Positions 13,826 through 32,368 of a stretch of 64,000 bases of DNA are shown here, one piece after another. Location of the stretch: assembly GCF_009914755.1 (NCBI RefSeq), contig NC_060934.1. The stretch is one strand, 5' to 3'. The stretch's first letter is position 1. The number at the start of each line of letters is the position of its first letter. The position numbers and the translations under genes were made by a program. Source of the stretch: the human T2T-CHM13v2.0 reference genome, Homo sapiens. The notes beneath the pieces are model-generated. The model was not told the DNA's origin, ran no database searches, and saw only the letters and a program-made list of their open reading frames with translations.

Positions 13826-14116
13826 AATTTTTTTGAGACAGGGTCTCCCTCTGTTGCCCAGGCTTGAGTGAAGTGGTGTGATCTCGGCTCACTGCAACCT
13901 CCCCTTCCCAAGTTCAAGCAATTCTCCTGTCTCAGCCTCCTGAGTAGCTGAGATTACAAGCGCCTGCCACCATGCCCGGCTAATTTTTGTATTTTTAGTA
14001 GAGACAGGGTTTCATCCTGTTGGCCAGGATGGTCTCAAACTCCTGACCTCAAGCGATCCACCCGCCTTGGCCTCCCAAAGTGCTGAGATTACAGGTGTGA
14101 GCCACCCAGCCCGGCC
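13826..14116 (-). mobile_element. Alu (AluSx/Sz-type)
   Basis: full antisense dimer; flanks ccaaatctttctg on both sides (TSD). Confidence 0.95.
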
Positions 14117-15799
14117 CCAAATCTTTCTGTTTTAAATGTGTGCGTTTAAAATGACCACACACATCGCTTTTTCTCCCAGAAGATATATCTTAAAACTTAT
14201 TTAAATGGGCTCATGGTTTTTAAACAGGAATATGAAGTCATTTCTTCACATTCTTCTTAAAGGCAGGTTGCTTCATGATCATTGCCCAGAACTAAACATT
14301 TTTCAAGATGGATTTTGTTTTACTTTAAAAGAATCATAACTCCATTTTTAAAATTTAGATAATATGATATAAATTAGTTATATAAGTTATGCAACGCAGT
14401 CTTCATCCATTATTCCTTAGTGATCTAGCTGAATTCTACCATAGTTAAGGGACTTGGATGAATTCCATAGAAATAGTCTCAGCTAGCATATTTAATCCTC
14501 TGATTTTAGGTTGGGAATTGTGGAATCTACCTGTCAAAATGTAAGTTATTTCTGCACACACACACTCACAAAAACTTAGACTTTTTTCCCATACCATTAA
14601 CAAAAATGTAGACTATTTAGTACTTTTGCCTATCAATGGGACAAGAATTAGAAGGTGTCACACACACACAAAAATGTATCTCACTAGTTCATCTCAAAGC
14701 TTCATGTTTAATCTTAAACACACTTCATCTTTTAAAGCTCAGTTCAATGAAGTTGATTTTAGGGCCCATACACATTACTAGTCAGTCGTTCTTATCTGCA
14801 ATTTTACTAATAATACCAGACAGACCCTTCAAAGAAACTCTCAGGGCCTGTCACTCCTAGAAGAAGTTCATCTATTCAACGGCACTGTTCTTGTTCCCAA
14901 ATGGGCTCTCCCTAACAAGCACAGAAGCTGACAACACCACCGGAAAAAATACCCTGGAAAATAGTTCCCAGCATTCTAATGGGTTACAGATGGGCTGGGA
15001 ATCTTCCTGCCATTTTTTATTGTTAGCTAGCTTCCTTTCTTCTGTCTCAGGTTTTATTGCTTGTTTTCCTGGTTAGCCTCCTGGATGCTTGAATTAACCC
15101 ACTGAATCTTTCCTTTGCCATGAAGGTCTCCAGATCACTGAGAGGGTCCTGAGGCTTTCAATTGTATTAATATTTCCACACCGTCTGTAACAGGAGCTGT
15201 TCCTCTTAGCCAAGGCCTGCGAGATGGTTCAAAGTATATTTCTGGAAAGATATTAAACTTACTTTAACAAAAAATTTTTTTAAATCCCCACAGTTAAAAT
15301 GATGTCCTTGGAGACTAGGGAAGCTTATCCAGATCAGCCTTATTAGGTCGAATATCAATCAGTGAAGTCAGGCTGCCAGAGGATTATGTTGTTGGGAAAG
15401 AAAGTCAACATGTTAATGGCTCTGCCTGTTTGCAGTGTTAACTGGCTCACAAGACGGAGAAGGATTATGCTCTGACACTTGTGTATCCTTGCTGAACTTG
15501 GAATGCGACAGCTCAGATCCAACCAAAATTAACTGCATCAGATGTCGCTGATGTGAAAATAAAAATCAACTAAGCCAAACAGCAGAAGAAAAGGTGGATG
15601 GAGGAAGGGGAAGTCTTAAATTCAGTCCTCAGTGGCGCCCCCTTCCTCCAGGTCCCTAAGGGAAACTTCCCTGGGTGTTTGTCCAGGCTTCCTTCCCCTG
15701 CTGCTTCTGGGAAATGTTCTTCCTGCTCACTCCACCGCGTGCTTCTAGTGGCTGCTGTCAATCACAGTGCTCAGCCTGCATGTGACCCAAGCCAACCAA

Positions 15800-16101
15800 T
15801 CAGAGCCGTGCCCTGGGAATTTTTGGCTTTGAACTAAGAGATGAATCACTATGGTGTGTACTGCAGTCTGAGAGCTGCTGACAAGCATGTTCCTGCCACT
15901 TTTAGAGGAAGCAGGCCTATAGTATGAAAAAGGATGCTGGCCCCGAGAGCCACAGAAATAAGCAAACCAGAAAATTCCATGATTGCCCAGGTCCAATTCC
16001 ATCATTCCTAAGGCCCAGATCCAACTTTGCCCTTCCGTAGTTTGGGAATCACTACATTCCCCTTGACTTGAATTTCTCTCACTTGCAACAAAAAAGTGCT
16101 G
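15800..16101 (+). mobile_element. old MaLR/ERVL LTR (MLT1K/L-like)
   Basis: 3' end ttgaatttctctcacttgcaacaaaaaagtgctg and internal ttcctaaggcccagatcc. Confidence 0.5.
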
Positions 16102-16249
16102 GTGGGTGAAAATGCTATAAATTAATCTCTCTAATTTATGTCTTTGAAGAAACTTTTAAAAGCCTTGTATTACTTGGGATGTCAGTTTCTCTGCTGTCAA
16201 AGAGACCTGAAATAACACTGCCTGAGAGTAAGGCAGGTAACATTTCAAA

Positions 16250-17320
16250 GCGAGTTTGCCACTCTGCTCTGTGAATATGTCAAGGACTCAAGCCCCTTCA
16301 GGAATTACCAGAGCTCTTTCCAAAGAAATGACTGCAGGACCAGGGATCTGTTGCTATTTCTTCCCAGCAGAATTTTATCATTATTGTGGATCAATTGCTA
16401 TTGTATGTTTCCCATTCTTCCCTTTTTTGAATGGGAGTGTTTTTTGTCATTAATCTAACCCTGCACTACCATTATGTGTTGAGGAGGAAAGAGATGACTT
16501 GTTTATACTGTGTAGAGGAAGCTCATGTAGACATGACAGAGATGACTGTACATCACCCAGAGGTCCTAGGCTTGGAGCTGGGTGCAGTAACTCCCTGGGA
16601 CTTCAGGATGGTCTCCCTTGGGGAAGGACTGGCTGTGGTCTATGAAGGAAGAAGAATATGCATGTGGATGTTTGAGCAGCCAAAATGGGGTACTGTGACA
16701 GAGACTGCCAATTGTCCCCCAGTATCTCCTTCTTTACCTAAGAGAATGCCCAGTTTTTGACTGCATGGACCATGGTAGAATGAAGAGTCATTTCCCAGCC
16801 TCCTGGCAGCTCGGAGTGACCATGCAACTAAGTTCTGTTTAATGTGATATGGCAGAAGTGACTCATTCACCTACAGGATCATGCCCTAAAAGGGACAGGC
16901 ATGCCCTCTTCTTTCTCTTTCCACCCCTCCTGATAGCTGATATGCAGACTGGATGGTCAACCATCTTGGACAGTACAAATAAGAATGATGAATACTTTAG
17001 GGATGGCAGAGCTCCTAGACAGGAAGATCCTGGGTCCCCAACATGGTAAAGCCACCCTATCAGCCCTGGACATGAGATGGAGAAATAAACTTTTCTCTTA
17101 TTTAATCCACTATTTATTTATTTATTTATTTATTTTAGAGAAAGGGTCTTGCTCTGTGACCCAGGCTGGAGTACAGGGGCACTACCATGGCTCATTACAG
17201 CCTTCAACTCCTAGGCTCAAGTGATCTTCCTACCTCAGCCTCCCAAGTACCTGGGATTATGAGCATGAACCACAGCACCCCAATCTGATCTACTTTATAT
17301 TGGTGACAGGGCAGCTGGAT
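16250..17320 (+). mobile_element. MLT1J-like MaLR internal 3' fragment plus LTR (LTR from ~16694)
   Basis: ttcccagcagaattttatcat...catcacccagaggtcctaggcttggagc; LTR tgtgacagagactgccaattgtcccc...tttcccagcctcctggcagc...gagaaataaacttttctcttatttaatccact. Confidence 0.75.
17112..17283 (-). mobile_element. Alu right-arm monomer (FRAM-like)
   Basis: (ttta)n tail plus a single arm, inside the MLT1J. Confidence 0.85.
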
Positions 17321-17657
17321 ATTATTTCCTACTATTGCCAGCTATTTCCCAGCACCATGTAAATGCATACCCTGGTAGGTACTCGACTCAGAACTGAAGC
17401 TCCTAGAAGTCAAAGACTAGAAGTGCTCAGTTTCTGGCATGAATGTGAAAAGTGTAGTAAACGCTGGAGAAAGAGTTGAAGGTGATTATGGCAACTAGCA
17501 GTGCCTCTGCCCGGCCCTCCTTCCCCACCTCTTGGGGCAGCTGATACCTGCCTTCCTCCTGGAAGCAGGCCTCTGCCCAGGGCCACCTCATTTTTGCCAG
17601 GGGATAAAAGGCACTGGCTGCCTTGGTCTCACTAAGGCTGTGCTGCAATTGAAATGA

Positions 17658-17998
<341 letters not shown>

Positions 17999-18679
17999 TA
18001 AGGCACAGGTGTGGCTACTAGGACACAGCAGAATGACAGGGCCTTCGTGCCACTGTGCCAGGCATGAGTGTGGGCAGTCCTAACAGCAGGACTGACACTT
18101 ATGCCCCAATACCCCTCACCTTGCCCCTTACCTCCAGTGTCCAGCAATTGAAAGGTTAGTATATAACTTCTGGCTAGCAAAGCTCCCTGGGAATTTGATT
18201 TGAGGCTAAATCTAGTGTCCATTCTTATGTATTGGGCTGTAAGTATGTGAATAATGAAATATTTCAAGTCATCTTTGCCTGTAGGTGCTGGACAATATTT
18301 TCCCACCCACCTGCATAATCAGGCCACCTGAATTGTCACAACCATGTGTCCTCTCTGTTTCCTGCCTGTTTTTCTGTGTTTCTATTGGAACTGGAGCCCC
18401 GTCCAGTCTGGCGTGACACCCTACCACATTCTTGCAAATTATCTTTCTTGCTCATTGGGCCCTGCCACAATTGAAAACAATTCCTAATTCCATTCCCCTG
18501 CCTGCCAACTTGACACATACAGCCATGCACAGCCCATCCAATGAGAGAGCCTTGACTGACACCTGCCATAACCACACTCATGCATGCTCTGTGGATTTCA
18601 GTTTAAGCTGTGCATTGAGAAGACTTGGGCTTAAGTCCTACTTCCATCAAGTAATGAATGTGACCTTAGGAAAATTAAC

Positions 18680-18990
<311 letters not shown>

Positions 18991-19108
18991 GGGAAAATTA
19001 ACCTTTCTAAGGCTCAGTAGCTTCATCTTCAAAATGAACAGAATAACGCTTGCCTTATAGAGTTGTTGTGAGAGTTGAATGGCACATAGTAAGCATGTAA
19101 GAAATTAT

Positions 19109-19410
19109 AGCTGCGTGCAGTGGTGCATGCCTGTAATCCCAGCTCCCTGGGAGGCTGAGGTGGGTGGATCACTGAAGGACAGGAGTTTGAAGCCAGCCGG
19201 GGCAACGTAATGGAATCCTGTCTCAAAAAAAAGAAAAAAAAGAAAGTCCAGGTGTGGTGTGCATACCTGTAGTCCCAGCTGCTATGGAAGCTGAGGTGAG
19301 AGGATCACTTGAGCCTGGGAGGTTGAGGCTGCAGGGAGCTGTGATCATGCCACTGCACTCCAGCATGAGCAACAGAGTGAGGCCCTGTCTCTAGGAAAAA
19401 GAGAAAGAAG
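19109..19410 (+). mobile_element. Alu (AluJ-type)
   Basis: degenerate dimer; flanks aagaaatta on both sides. Confidence 0.9.
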
Positions 19411-20492
19411 AAATTAATCCGTTTTGTGGAGCATATATTCAAATGGGGGAAAGATACACATTTTAAAGTGTTTTTTCAAGATCCTGTCAAAGAAAAAAAC
19501 TTTTTTTTAAAGAAAGTGTAGCATCATGACCTGAGCTCCCCTCCACCTGGCCACCACTCCATGGTCACTGAGCTGCTTCTCAGCAGTCAGGCAGCCTCCG
19601 CGGCTGAGATCTTCTCCTCGAGCCATCTGGTCCTGGCCTCTGTCCCTGGTCTACCTGACAGTGTTGCCAACCCCCCACATGAGTGTGCTCAGTGCCACCC
19701 ACAACCTGATGACCTTATTCATGGAAGGCCCTCAGTATGTGTTTAAGGAAACAGTGAACAAGAGAATGAATTAAGTACAGTGCTGGTATCCAGTGTTTTC
19801 AAAGATGCACCAAATATCATTTCAAAGCAAAAACCCGTTCTGATTGCTGCAGGGAAGGCGCAAAGCTGGTAAGCATGGCGGCCTTCACCAAGGGGTTCTC
19901 CATCCTCTGTCCCTCACTGTCATTGTCAGAAAGGATGGTGTGAGTCAGTGGGCACATCATCTCTTGATCGCCACACTCACAGTCACATGCTAGGCCTACC
20001 ACGAGGGAAGATCACGCTTGCTTCTCAGTTCCTCGGGTTGACCTGATGCTAACACTCTGGTGGCCTCTGCAGTAGGCATGAGTCAGTCGAAGCAATCTGT
20101 GCTCTGCTCCCCAGGTGGGACTGCCTCCTTCCATCACCCCGTGGTGTCCTGTCCCGCCGAGGGGCCAGCCAGCAGGACAGGAAGGGGGGAACAAGGATGT
20201 GCGTGCCACCATGAGTCCCCTGCTGGGAAGGAATTCCCAGGCCCTGGCGCAGAAGCTGGCAGCAGCTGCTCCTGTCCTGGGAGCAGCCTGGCCTCTGAGA
20301 GCAGAGAAAACAGAAAATAGCAGGAGTGGGAAACTTACAACATAGCACCTGCCCCATGGAATGAGACAGGGCCCCACTCAGCCACCACAGTGTGTCAGCC
20401 CTTCACACTGCCCTACGGTTTAGAACAAAGACAGGTGTTCAGGTGGCTTTGCTCCAATTATCATCTCGACCTTGCCTTGGGGAGCTGTATAA

Positions 20493-20817
<325 letters not shown>

Positions 20818-20882
20818 TCTTTTCCCCTTGCTGTTCTCTATTCTCAAGTGTAAATGTCAAGTCTTGAAAAGAATTTTCATCA

Positions 20883-21056
<174 letters not shown>

Positions 21057-22994
21057 TCAAAAAAATTTTTAACGTGTTACAAAAGAAAGGGGGGTAGGAA
21101 TGAAAATGATGTTAGCAAGGGCTGCAGTGACCCAGGACAAGTAAGCAATTTGGTGAAAGAAGGCTGAAGATCAAGATAGATTGAGCAAAGGGAAGAATTA
21201 ATTCTGGAAGAACAGTTGATGGTTTTACATAACCAGACACACACAGGCCAACAACACCCTGTAGGGCTCACTGGTGCCAGAACCCGTCTGCATCTAGCCC
21301 TGCTGTGGCGTCTACAAGAGACACAGATGATTGAACTTAAAGTTTGAGTGCATGATGGAAGGGTCAGAAATGTTATCAGAATAGTTCACAGTGATTTTTC
21401 TCCCATTATCTTTCCTATTTCATCAGTGGCTGTAAGGACAAGCAAGTGTCCCTGGAGAGGTTCAGACCCATCAGGTGTGTGTCCTGAGCTGCAGGATTCC
21501 CCCATGGATGTTTACTCTCTTCTTACATCTCCATCTGCCCGGCTTTGCTCCCAGCACAGGGAATGTTCCTATAGGACTGTACCCTACAACCAGGCCTTGG
21601 CAATCTGGCCTAGAGGGCAGGTATGGCTGGAGGGCAGACAGGAGATTAGTGTGGCTGTGCAAGTGGGGTCTCCCTTGGGCTCTGCTCCCCTTAAGCCCAG
21701 GCCTGCATTGCAGAATATTCCACAGGCCAAGCAAGTGATAGACCAGAGAAGGAAGGGCCATTTATTTCAGTACTTAACTTTCTTCACTGGAGCAGTCGAT
21801 TAATTGCTGGTGCATATTAGCCTTTTTCTCTGCGTTGTGTTACACAGACTCTTTAAGGATAAGGTGCTCATCCGAGTCATGGTGACTTTTGCACAGTGCA
21901 GAGCAGGGTGCCAGGGATATATTGGGATTTAGAGTTTGAGGGTGGATGCATGGGCTTTGAGTCTCTGTTTTTGAGCCTTGTTCCCCATCCTAACCATCCT
22001 CTATCTATGAAAATGTGACTTCCATCTGTGGCAAAGGATCATGAAAGTTTGCCAAAATTTTCCCTGCTGCAGAGCTTCTCTCTGGCCAAATATGACTCAA
22101 TCAGGTCTTAAGCAAAAGGCCTGGAACGTCTGTCACTTCCAGAGGCCTCATGCCAAGCACAGGATGTGAAAGCTCACTTCTTCCTTCTACTGCCCACTTA
22201 CACTGCACAAGAGAAATCTCGCCTCCACTCTCCGTTGACCTTCCTCTCAGAAGCACAAAGGCATTAGCTCACTTTGGGCTCAACATTGCCAGCAGTCACA
22301 GATTTCTGCACCATGGTGTCTCCTCTCTTTCCCTGGAGGGAATCCCAAACTTGCTCTCACCTTGGAATATTTTTGGGGCCCTGTGAACTGGATAGGAATG
22401 GCAAAAGGACTCAAAGTAGCTGGGCTTCCTGCATTTCCTTCTGAACCTCCTTGCTACCTCTAACTTACACTGGAACAGTAGACATAGAGCCAGGGCAGTG
22501 TCTAGCACATAGTAGATGCATAAATGGTTGTTGAAAGTTTTGGTGCAAAGACATAAACTGTCATGGATTTTCAAGCACTCATGAAAGACTGTTAGACAGC
22601 CTTTCCTGCAGGATACCTCCTGGAATCCTGTTAATTGGATTCTTCTTGAAGCATGGATAACAACACAATAAGTATCTTATACCTAAGATATATCCATATA
22701 GACAAACAACCATTAAAGAATTACTTTCTTATCATTTCCATTAAATTCAACTAATGTCAATTATATGACTTCTCTACACAAACCTCTATGCCAGCTGCAA
22801 GACCAGAATGAGAAGGACATTTCATTCTCATTCAGGAATGAATGTGTTTTCAGGAAGCACAACTCTATTGCAAGGATGAGTTTACCAGGCCAATGGCTTC
22901 CTGCTTAGTTAACAGGTTCTCAATGCATCTTCATCATGATGAAGATGATGAAGATGGCTATCTCCAAAGTATGGAACCAGCATCAGTACTGATG

Positions 22995-23474
22995 TGAGGC
23001 TGGCTCTATGTTTTGAGTTTCTATGTAACAAACTGTAACCTAACTTAGTAAGTAAACAAACAAAAACCTAGTTTAGGAATATCTTTCTGTTACAAACAGC
23101 CAAGCTTCAGCCAATCATAGACAGCCAACTGATCACCTCATGCCCAAACAAGGTAAATGCCTAGCTGTAGCCAATTAGATGATTTCTCTACTTCGCTTCT
23201 CTGTTCATCCTATAAAAGCTTGCTGGTCATGCTGCTGAGTGGACCTCTCTTCTGGTTCTGAATGCCGCCTGATTCATGAATTGTTCTTCGCTCTGTTAAA
23301 TTTAATTGTCTATGCTCATGCCCATAATCACAGTGCTTTGGGAGGTTGAGGCAGGAGGATGACTTGAGGCCAGAAGTTCAAAACCAGCCTGGGCAACATA
23401 CCAAGATTCTGTCTCTACAAAATAAATAAATACATAAAAATAAAGACATTTAATTGTCTAATTGTTTTTTAACA
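22995..23474 (+). mobile_element. ERV1 solo LTR (MER57/MER93 group)
   Basis: aactgtaacctaac...cagccaatc...cagccaactgatc...cctataaaagc...gattcatgaattgttcttcgctctgttaaatttaattgtcta...ttttaaca; 5' boundary uncertain. Confidence 0.75.
23313..23445 (+). mobile_element. Alu left monomer (FLAM-like) nested in the LTR
   Basis: single arm with A-rich tail; TSD atttaattgtcta. Confidence 0.88.
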
Positions 23475-23880
23475 GACCTAAGTCTTATAACACCCACGAG
23501 CATGATTGTTCCCGGAAGTGGGGTTGGTGGAGGGAGGCAGGGTCAAGGTTAATTTAGGAAGTGATGTTACCCTGGGCTTTGAGTGGGAGCTAGGGTTTTC
23601 CTAGATACCAGGTATGTATGGTGGGGGTGGGGGGTTGCAGGAAGCAGGGTTAAGTGAGAGTGCAGAAGAACAGACTTTCCTGGCAGGAGAGATCCTGAGC
23701 ATAGCCACAGAAGAGTGAAGACACGTGAGTTCTTTAGGGGCAGTGACTAACCTCACGTGCCTGCCTTCAGTGAGAGGTGTGTAGGGGATGAGGAGTGGCC
23801 ACAGGGGCTGGAATGACGCAATGGGCCTCTTAGAAATGGCATTACTCACCATGCTTGGGAGGCGTCCTACAAGCAGGTAG

Positions 23881-24221
<341 letters not shown>

Positions 24222-25479
24222 AAGATTTCACTTTAGAAATGATGTGATTATATGTGTGTTTCAGAAAAGCCAACGCTAGCAGAGGCATTTATTTCACCCA
24301 TTTTAAAACTATAAGAGATTAAGTATCTGCTCTCTTATCTCCAGTGTCAATATATTGATATTGATACAAAAATGGCACCATTACAGGGAAAAATAAGATG
24401 CCATCAATGTGCTTGTGTAAAAGGCCGTGCTTTACAATTACCCTAGCTCAGAGGGACCTTCAGCTTGTTACTGAGCCCAGCTGAGTACAGGTAGGAGGGG
24501 AGTCTTTTTCCCTTTCATTCCCAGGATAGGTATCCAGAGCCCCACCTCCTTCCTTAAGCATTTGCAGGGATATTTTCAGGGAGGTCCCCGACTTGAGGCT
24601 AATCAGAATGCAAAGCATTGGTGGAGGCCAAGACAGGCCTCCATCAGCTGAGCAGCCATGGGTGGGATGCTTGGTGTGGCTCACCCTAGGAGAGGCAGAA
24701 CGTGCATGAATCTCCTTCCCGACTGCCTGGTCTCATCTCCTGTGGGGCCTCCAGACCTTCACTCCATCCTCCCTCTCTCCCTGGACCACCCTAGACAGTT
24801 GTGCAAGAGGCTGAGGAGAGGGAGGATGAGGTGAGGAGCCATGTTCTTACTCATAAGATTCTCTCACAAATGAGTCCTTGCCTTTCCCATTCGAATTTCA
24901 TTAAAAGTCCAGAAAGAGGCATCTTTTTCTCTGCTTTCTACTCTCATTCCCCCTTCAAGATCAATGGTTACAGAATCGTCCCACAGCTTGAATGAGGGTA
25001 AGGATAAAATGGGAAATGGAAAGACTGGAGAAAATTGATATCATATTATTATTCTCCAGCAAAAGGATTCTTGGAAGGTTATCAGGTTTTATTAACATGT
25101 CTACTTCTTACACATATGAAATGCAAAATTCTTGAGATTCATCAAACGCTTTCCTATGGGCTTTTAAACCTATCAAAGTCACCAGAGCACAGGTATTGAT
25201 AGACTAGGAGCTATTAGTAAATCCATCCAAATCTGAATTAATGCAGTTGTATTTCACCCAGATACAGCTTCATAGTCCTTATTATGGTCATTGAACCACC
25301 TGGCTAGTTCCTCCTCCATGGTGTCACTAAGTGATTATGCTCAGATAGTATTTTAGATCACCTTTCTAAAAAAGGAACTCAAGATAGATAATTTACTTCA
25401 CCCCTCATCTCTAAATCTTAATCCAATCTAAGTATATTCATATCTCTTTTAAATTGTCTCTTTAGTCTCCTTAAGCTAT

Positions 25480-25727
25480 TCCTCTAGAATTGAGGCCATC
25501 AAGCTACAGATGGTCTTACAAATGGAGCCCTAAATGAGTTCAACTAACAACTTCTACTGAGGACCCCTGGACCAACCCGCTGGCACTTTTACTGGCCTAG
25601 AAAGCTCCCCTCTGGAGGACAGTACAACTGCAGGGCCCCTTCATCGCCCCTATCCAGCAGGAAGTAGCTAGAGCAGTCATCAGCCAAATTCCCAACAGCA
25701 GTTGGGGTGTCCTGTTTGAGGGGGGAT
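25480..25727 (+). pseudogene. HERV9 env C-terminal fragment, 3'UTR and polypurine tract
   Basis: 25480-25671 translates SSRIEAIKLQMVLQMEP*MSSTNNFY*GPLDQPAG...PLHRPYPAGSS*, similar to the HERV-W/syncytin-1 tail, with two stops; PPT gaggggggat directly before the LTR. Confidence 0.9.
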
Positions 25728-27238
<1,511 letters not shown>

Positions 27239-27388
27239 CTACCATGCCCATGTAATTTTTGTATTTTTAATAGAGACAGGGTTTTGCCATGTTGGCCAGG
27301 TTGGTCTTGAACTCCTCACCTCAGGTGATCCATCCACGTCAGCCTCCCAAAGTGCTGGGATTACAGATATGAGCCGCAGCACCCAGAC
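27239..27388 (-). mobile_element. Alu left arm and linker only, cut at the LTR12 end
   Basis: ctaccatgcccatgtaatttttgtatttttaatagagacagg...; the right arm and tail are absent. Confidence 0.9.
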
Positions 27389-27392
27389 AGAA

Positions 27393-27680
27393 TTTTTTTT
27401 TTTGATACAAGGTCTCACTCTGTGGCCCAGGCTGGAATGATGTAACCACAGCTCATGGCAGCCTTGACCTCCCAGACTCAAGGAATCCTCTCGCCTCAGC
27501 CTCCCAGGTAGCTGGGACTACAGGTGCACACCACCATACCCAGCTAAATTTTTAAATTTTTTGTAGAGACAAGATCTCACTATGTTGCCAGGGCTGGTCT
27601 CGAACTCCTAGGCTCAAGTGATCCTCCTACCTCAGCCTCCTAAAGTGTTGGCATTACAGGCATGAGCCACCACACCCAGC
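27393..27680 (-). mobile_element. Alu (AluJ-type)
   Basis: antisense dimer. Confidence 0.92.
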
Positions 27681-27685
27681 TACAA

Positions 27686-27982
<297 letters not shown>

Positions 27983-28109
27983 TGCAATTTTTTTTAACCT
28001 AAAATCTCATCATTAATAAATCACCCACTTGAAATTAAATGTGGGTGTGGGTGTGATTTTTGAAGAGTTTTATTTTTAGGTATACCTGTAATAGGCCTAC
28101 CAGATTAAG

Positions 28110-28282
28110 TCATTCTTTCTGCAAGTATCAGAACCCCCTGGACTATTCTTTAAAACTGCAGCTTTCTGGGCCTTTCCCCAAGCCTCCTAAATCAGAATAT
28201 TTGGTGGCAGAGGCCAAGCATCTGTGTTTTTAATAAACGCTCTAAGTGATTCTTAAGAACCCTAAAGTCTGACAACCACTGG
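28110..28282. mobile_element. MER5 (hAT-Charlie)
   Basis: atcagaaccccctgg...taaatcagaat...tctgtgtttttaataaacgctctaagtgattct...aaagtctgacaaccactgg. Confidence 0.75.
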
Positions 28283-28508
28283 ATTAAATAGTAAGAGTAG
28301 CTATCGTTATTCTAGCATATGAAGTCTCTCCACAAAGTAAATAAATAAATTTAAAAAAAAAACTAAAAAGAAAACTAAAAAACCACCGTGGTCTATCAAG
28401 ACTTGGTCTTTCTGTCAACTTGAATTCAAAGAAATAGTCTGTTGCCAGAATCCACGAATAAATTTTTTTAGAATAGATTCCATGACAATGACAGGGTGTG
28501 ATTTTTAA

Positions 28509-28981
<473 letters not shown>

Positions 28982-28989
28982 TAAAAAAA

Positions 28990-29815
28990 AAACTTTGGGT
29001 ATTTGAAGCAATGTGAATGGAGCTGTATATTAAATATTATAGCTAGGTGCAATCATAATGGTGTGGTGATATATGTGAATGTCCTTGGTCTTTGGAACTA
29101 CATGAGCCAAAGTATTTAGGCATGAAGTGTCATGACATCTTAAACTTGCTTTCAAACAGCTCAGAAAAAAGGCGTATATATGTGTATGTTTTTACATATA
29201 TGCATATATAGAGACATATACATATAAATATATGTATACATGCATATCTATCTGTGTGTGTGAGAGACAGAAAGCAAACTTGGCTATGGCCAGGTATGGT
29301 GGCTCATGCCTGTAGACCCAATATTTTGGGAAGCTGAGTGAGGAGGATCGCTTGAGGCCAGGAGTTTGAGACTAGCCTGGGCAACATAGCAAGACCCTGT
29401 TTCTACCAAAAAAAAAAAAAAAATAGCAGGATGTGGTGGAGTGCACCTCTAGTCCCAGCTACTCAGGAGGCTGATGTGGGAGAATCACTTTAAGCCCAGG
29501 AATGCCACTGCACTCCATCCCAAGCAACACAGCAAGACCCCATCTTACAAAAAAAAGTTAGCAGGGCATGGTGGTACACACCTATTAGTCCCAGCTACTT
29601 GGGAAGCTGAGATGGGAGGATTCCTTGAGCCCAGGAGTTCAAGGCTGCAGTGAGCTATGGTCACACCACTCCACTCCAGCCTGTGTGACAGAGTGAGACC
29701 CTATTAAAAAAAAAAAAAGTAGCTAAACGATGATTGGTAAAACTAGGGTATTTGCTCTGGTTTTTTTCTTTTCAACTTTTCTGTAGATTAAAATTTTTTT
29801 AATAAAAAGTTGGGG
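28990..29815 (+). mobile_element. old L1M 3'UTR relic interrupted by an Alu
   Basis: aaagtatttaggcatgaagtgtcatgacatcttaaacttgctttcaaacagctcag ... caacttttctgtagattaaaattttttaataaaaagtt. Confidence 0.7.
29288..29718 (+). mobile_element. three-arm AluJ (left arm, deleted right arm, right arm)
   Basis: two successive A-run/tagcagg..gtggt right-arm starts at ~29424 and ~29559. Confidence 0.88.
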
Positions 29816-30038
29816 AAAAACAAATCTCTTTCTGTTTTCGTTGCTGCTTTCTCCCCTACCTCCCCTGTCCATTCCCACATCCCCCACCTTCCAGCTGGGG
29901 GTGACCACCACCTGCTTGACTATGTCAGACTCTTTGCCACCACTGGGGAACTCAAGGGTGATGTACTTCCCAGGTTTCCCTTGCAAGCCACAGAAGCAAG
30001 CAGATATCTCCCCAGCCCCATCTCCTCCCAGAATCTGA

Positions 30039-30353
<315 letters not shown>

Positions 30354-31270
30354 TAATTTTCTTTCAAGAAATCCTAGCAACTATGAAATTCTCCACCTTG
30401 TAAAACATGGGGTATGCTACTCCATGAGTTTCCAACTCACCGTTGATTGAAAAACTCCAGAGTGTTTAGCAATCTCAAGGGCCTAGAGAAATGTAATTCT
30501 TCAGACAGCCCAGGGCACTCTTGGATCCAATTCCATTTTTAGGTGAATGCATAGAGGAAGCATCGGTATGGTATTGTTGGCCTCGAAGGGCTGTGAGAAT
30601 GTGCAAGAACAAATATCTTTTATTTACCACTAAACCTGCTCATCATTGAAGTTCTTTCCCCTCCAACCACTGTTCTCTAGCAAAGTATTAGTTCTGGATT
30701 CGCTCACACCATCCTTAGCATGAGATTGTTATACAAAAACATGCTTGATCAGCCAGAGAGGAGAGCTTTGACGACGTTCTGGGAAGCCTCTTGGCGTTGG
30801 CATCTGCCAAGAGGGGTCCCCAACCTCCTTGCAATTGCAGCTCTTCAGAGAACTCACGCGCAATAGGCCCTGAGCCCTCAAAGTCAAGTAGGAAGGTGAG
30901 ATGCAGCATCCAGCAGCCATTCTGGGGTATTAAGTAAAGCAGGCAGCTGGAATTTCGTAGAGTTTATTGACGCTAAGCAAAGCCTCATTAGCAATTCCAT
31001 GGTAAATGTCACTGGAGTTAAACGTCCTCTGGTTATGTGTGAGATATCAAAAAGCAACACCTCAACACAGAGCCATGTTGAAGGAGGTGGGTAAGGAGAG
31101 GACGAGGAGGGTGGCAATCCCCCACCAAAGAGAGGAAGCAATAATTAAGATGGAACACAGAACTTAGAACAGTCACTGGATCTGAATAAAACAGACACTC
31201 TTCTCTTAGCCGTACTTTGCAGAGAGCATTTCCTATTCCTTAGTTGAAGTGAGAAATCAGAAACTAACCA

Positions 31271-32008
<738 letters not shown>

Positions 32009-32071
32009 CACCAACCATGTCCATGTCTATTGCATATGGTTTATTGCATAATGGCTATGCTAAAGTTAGCT

Positions 32072-32368
<297 letters not shown>

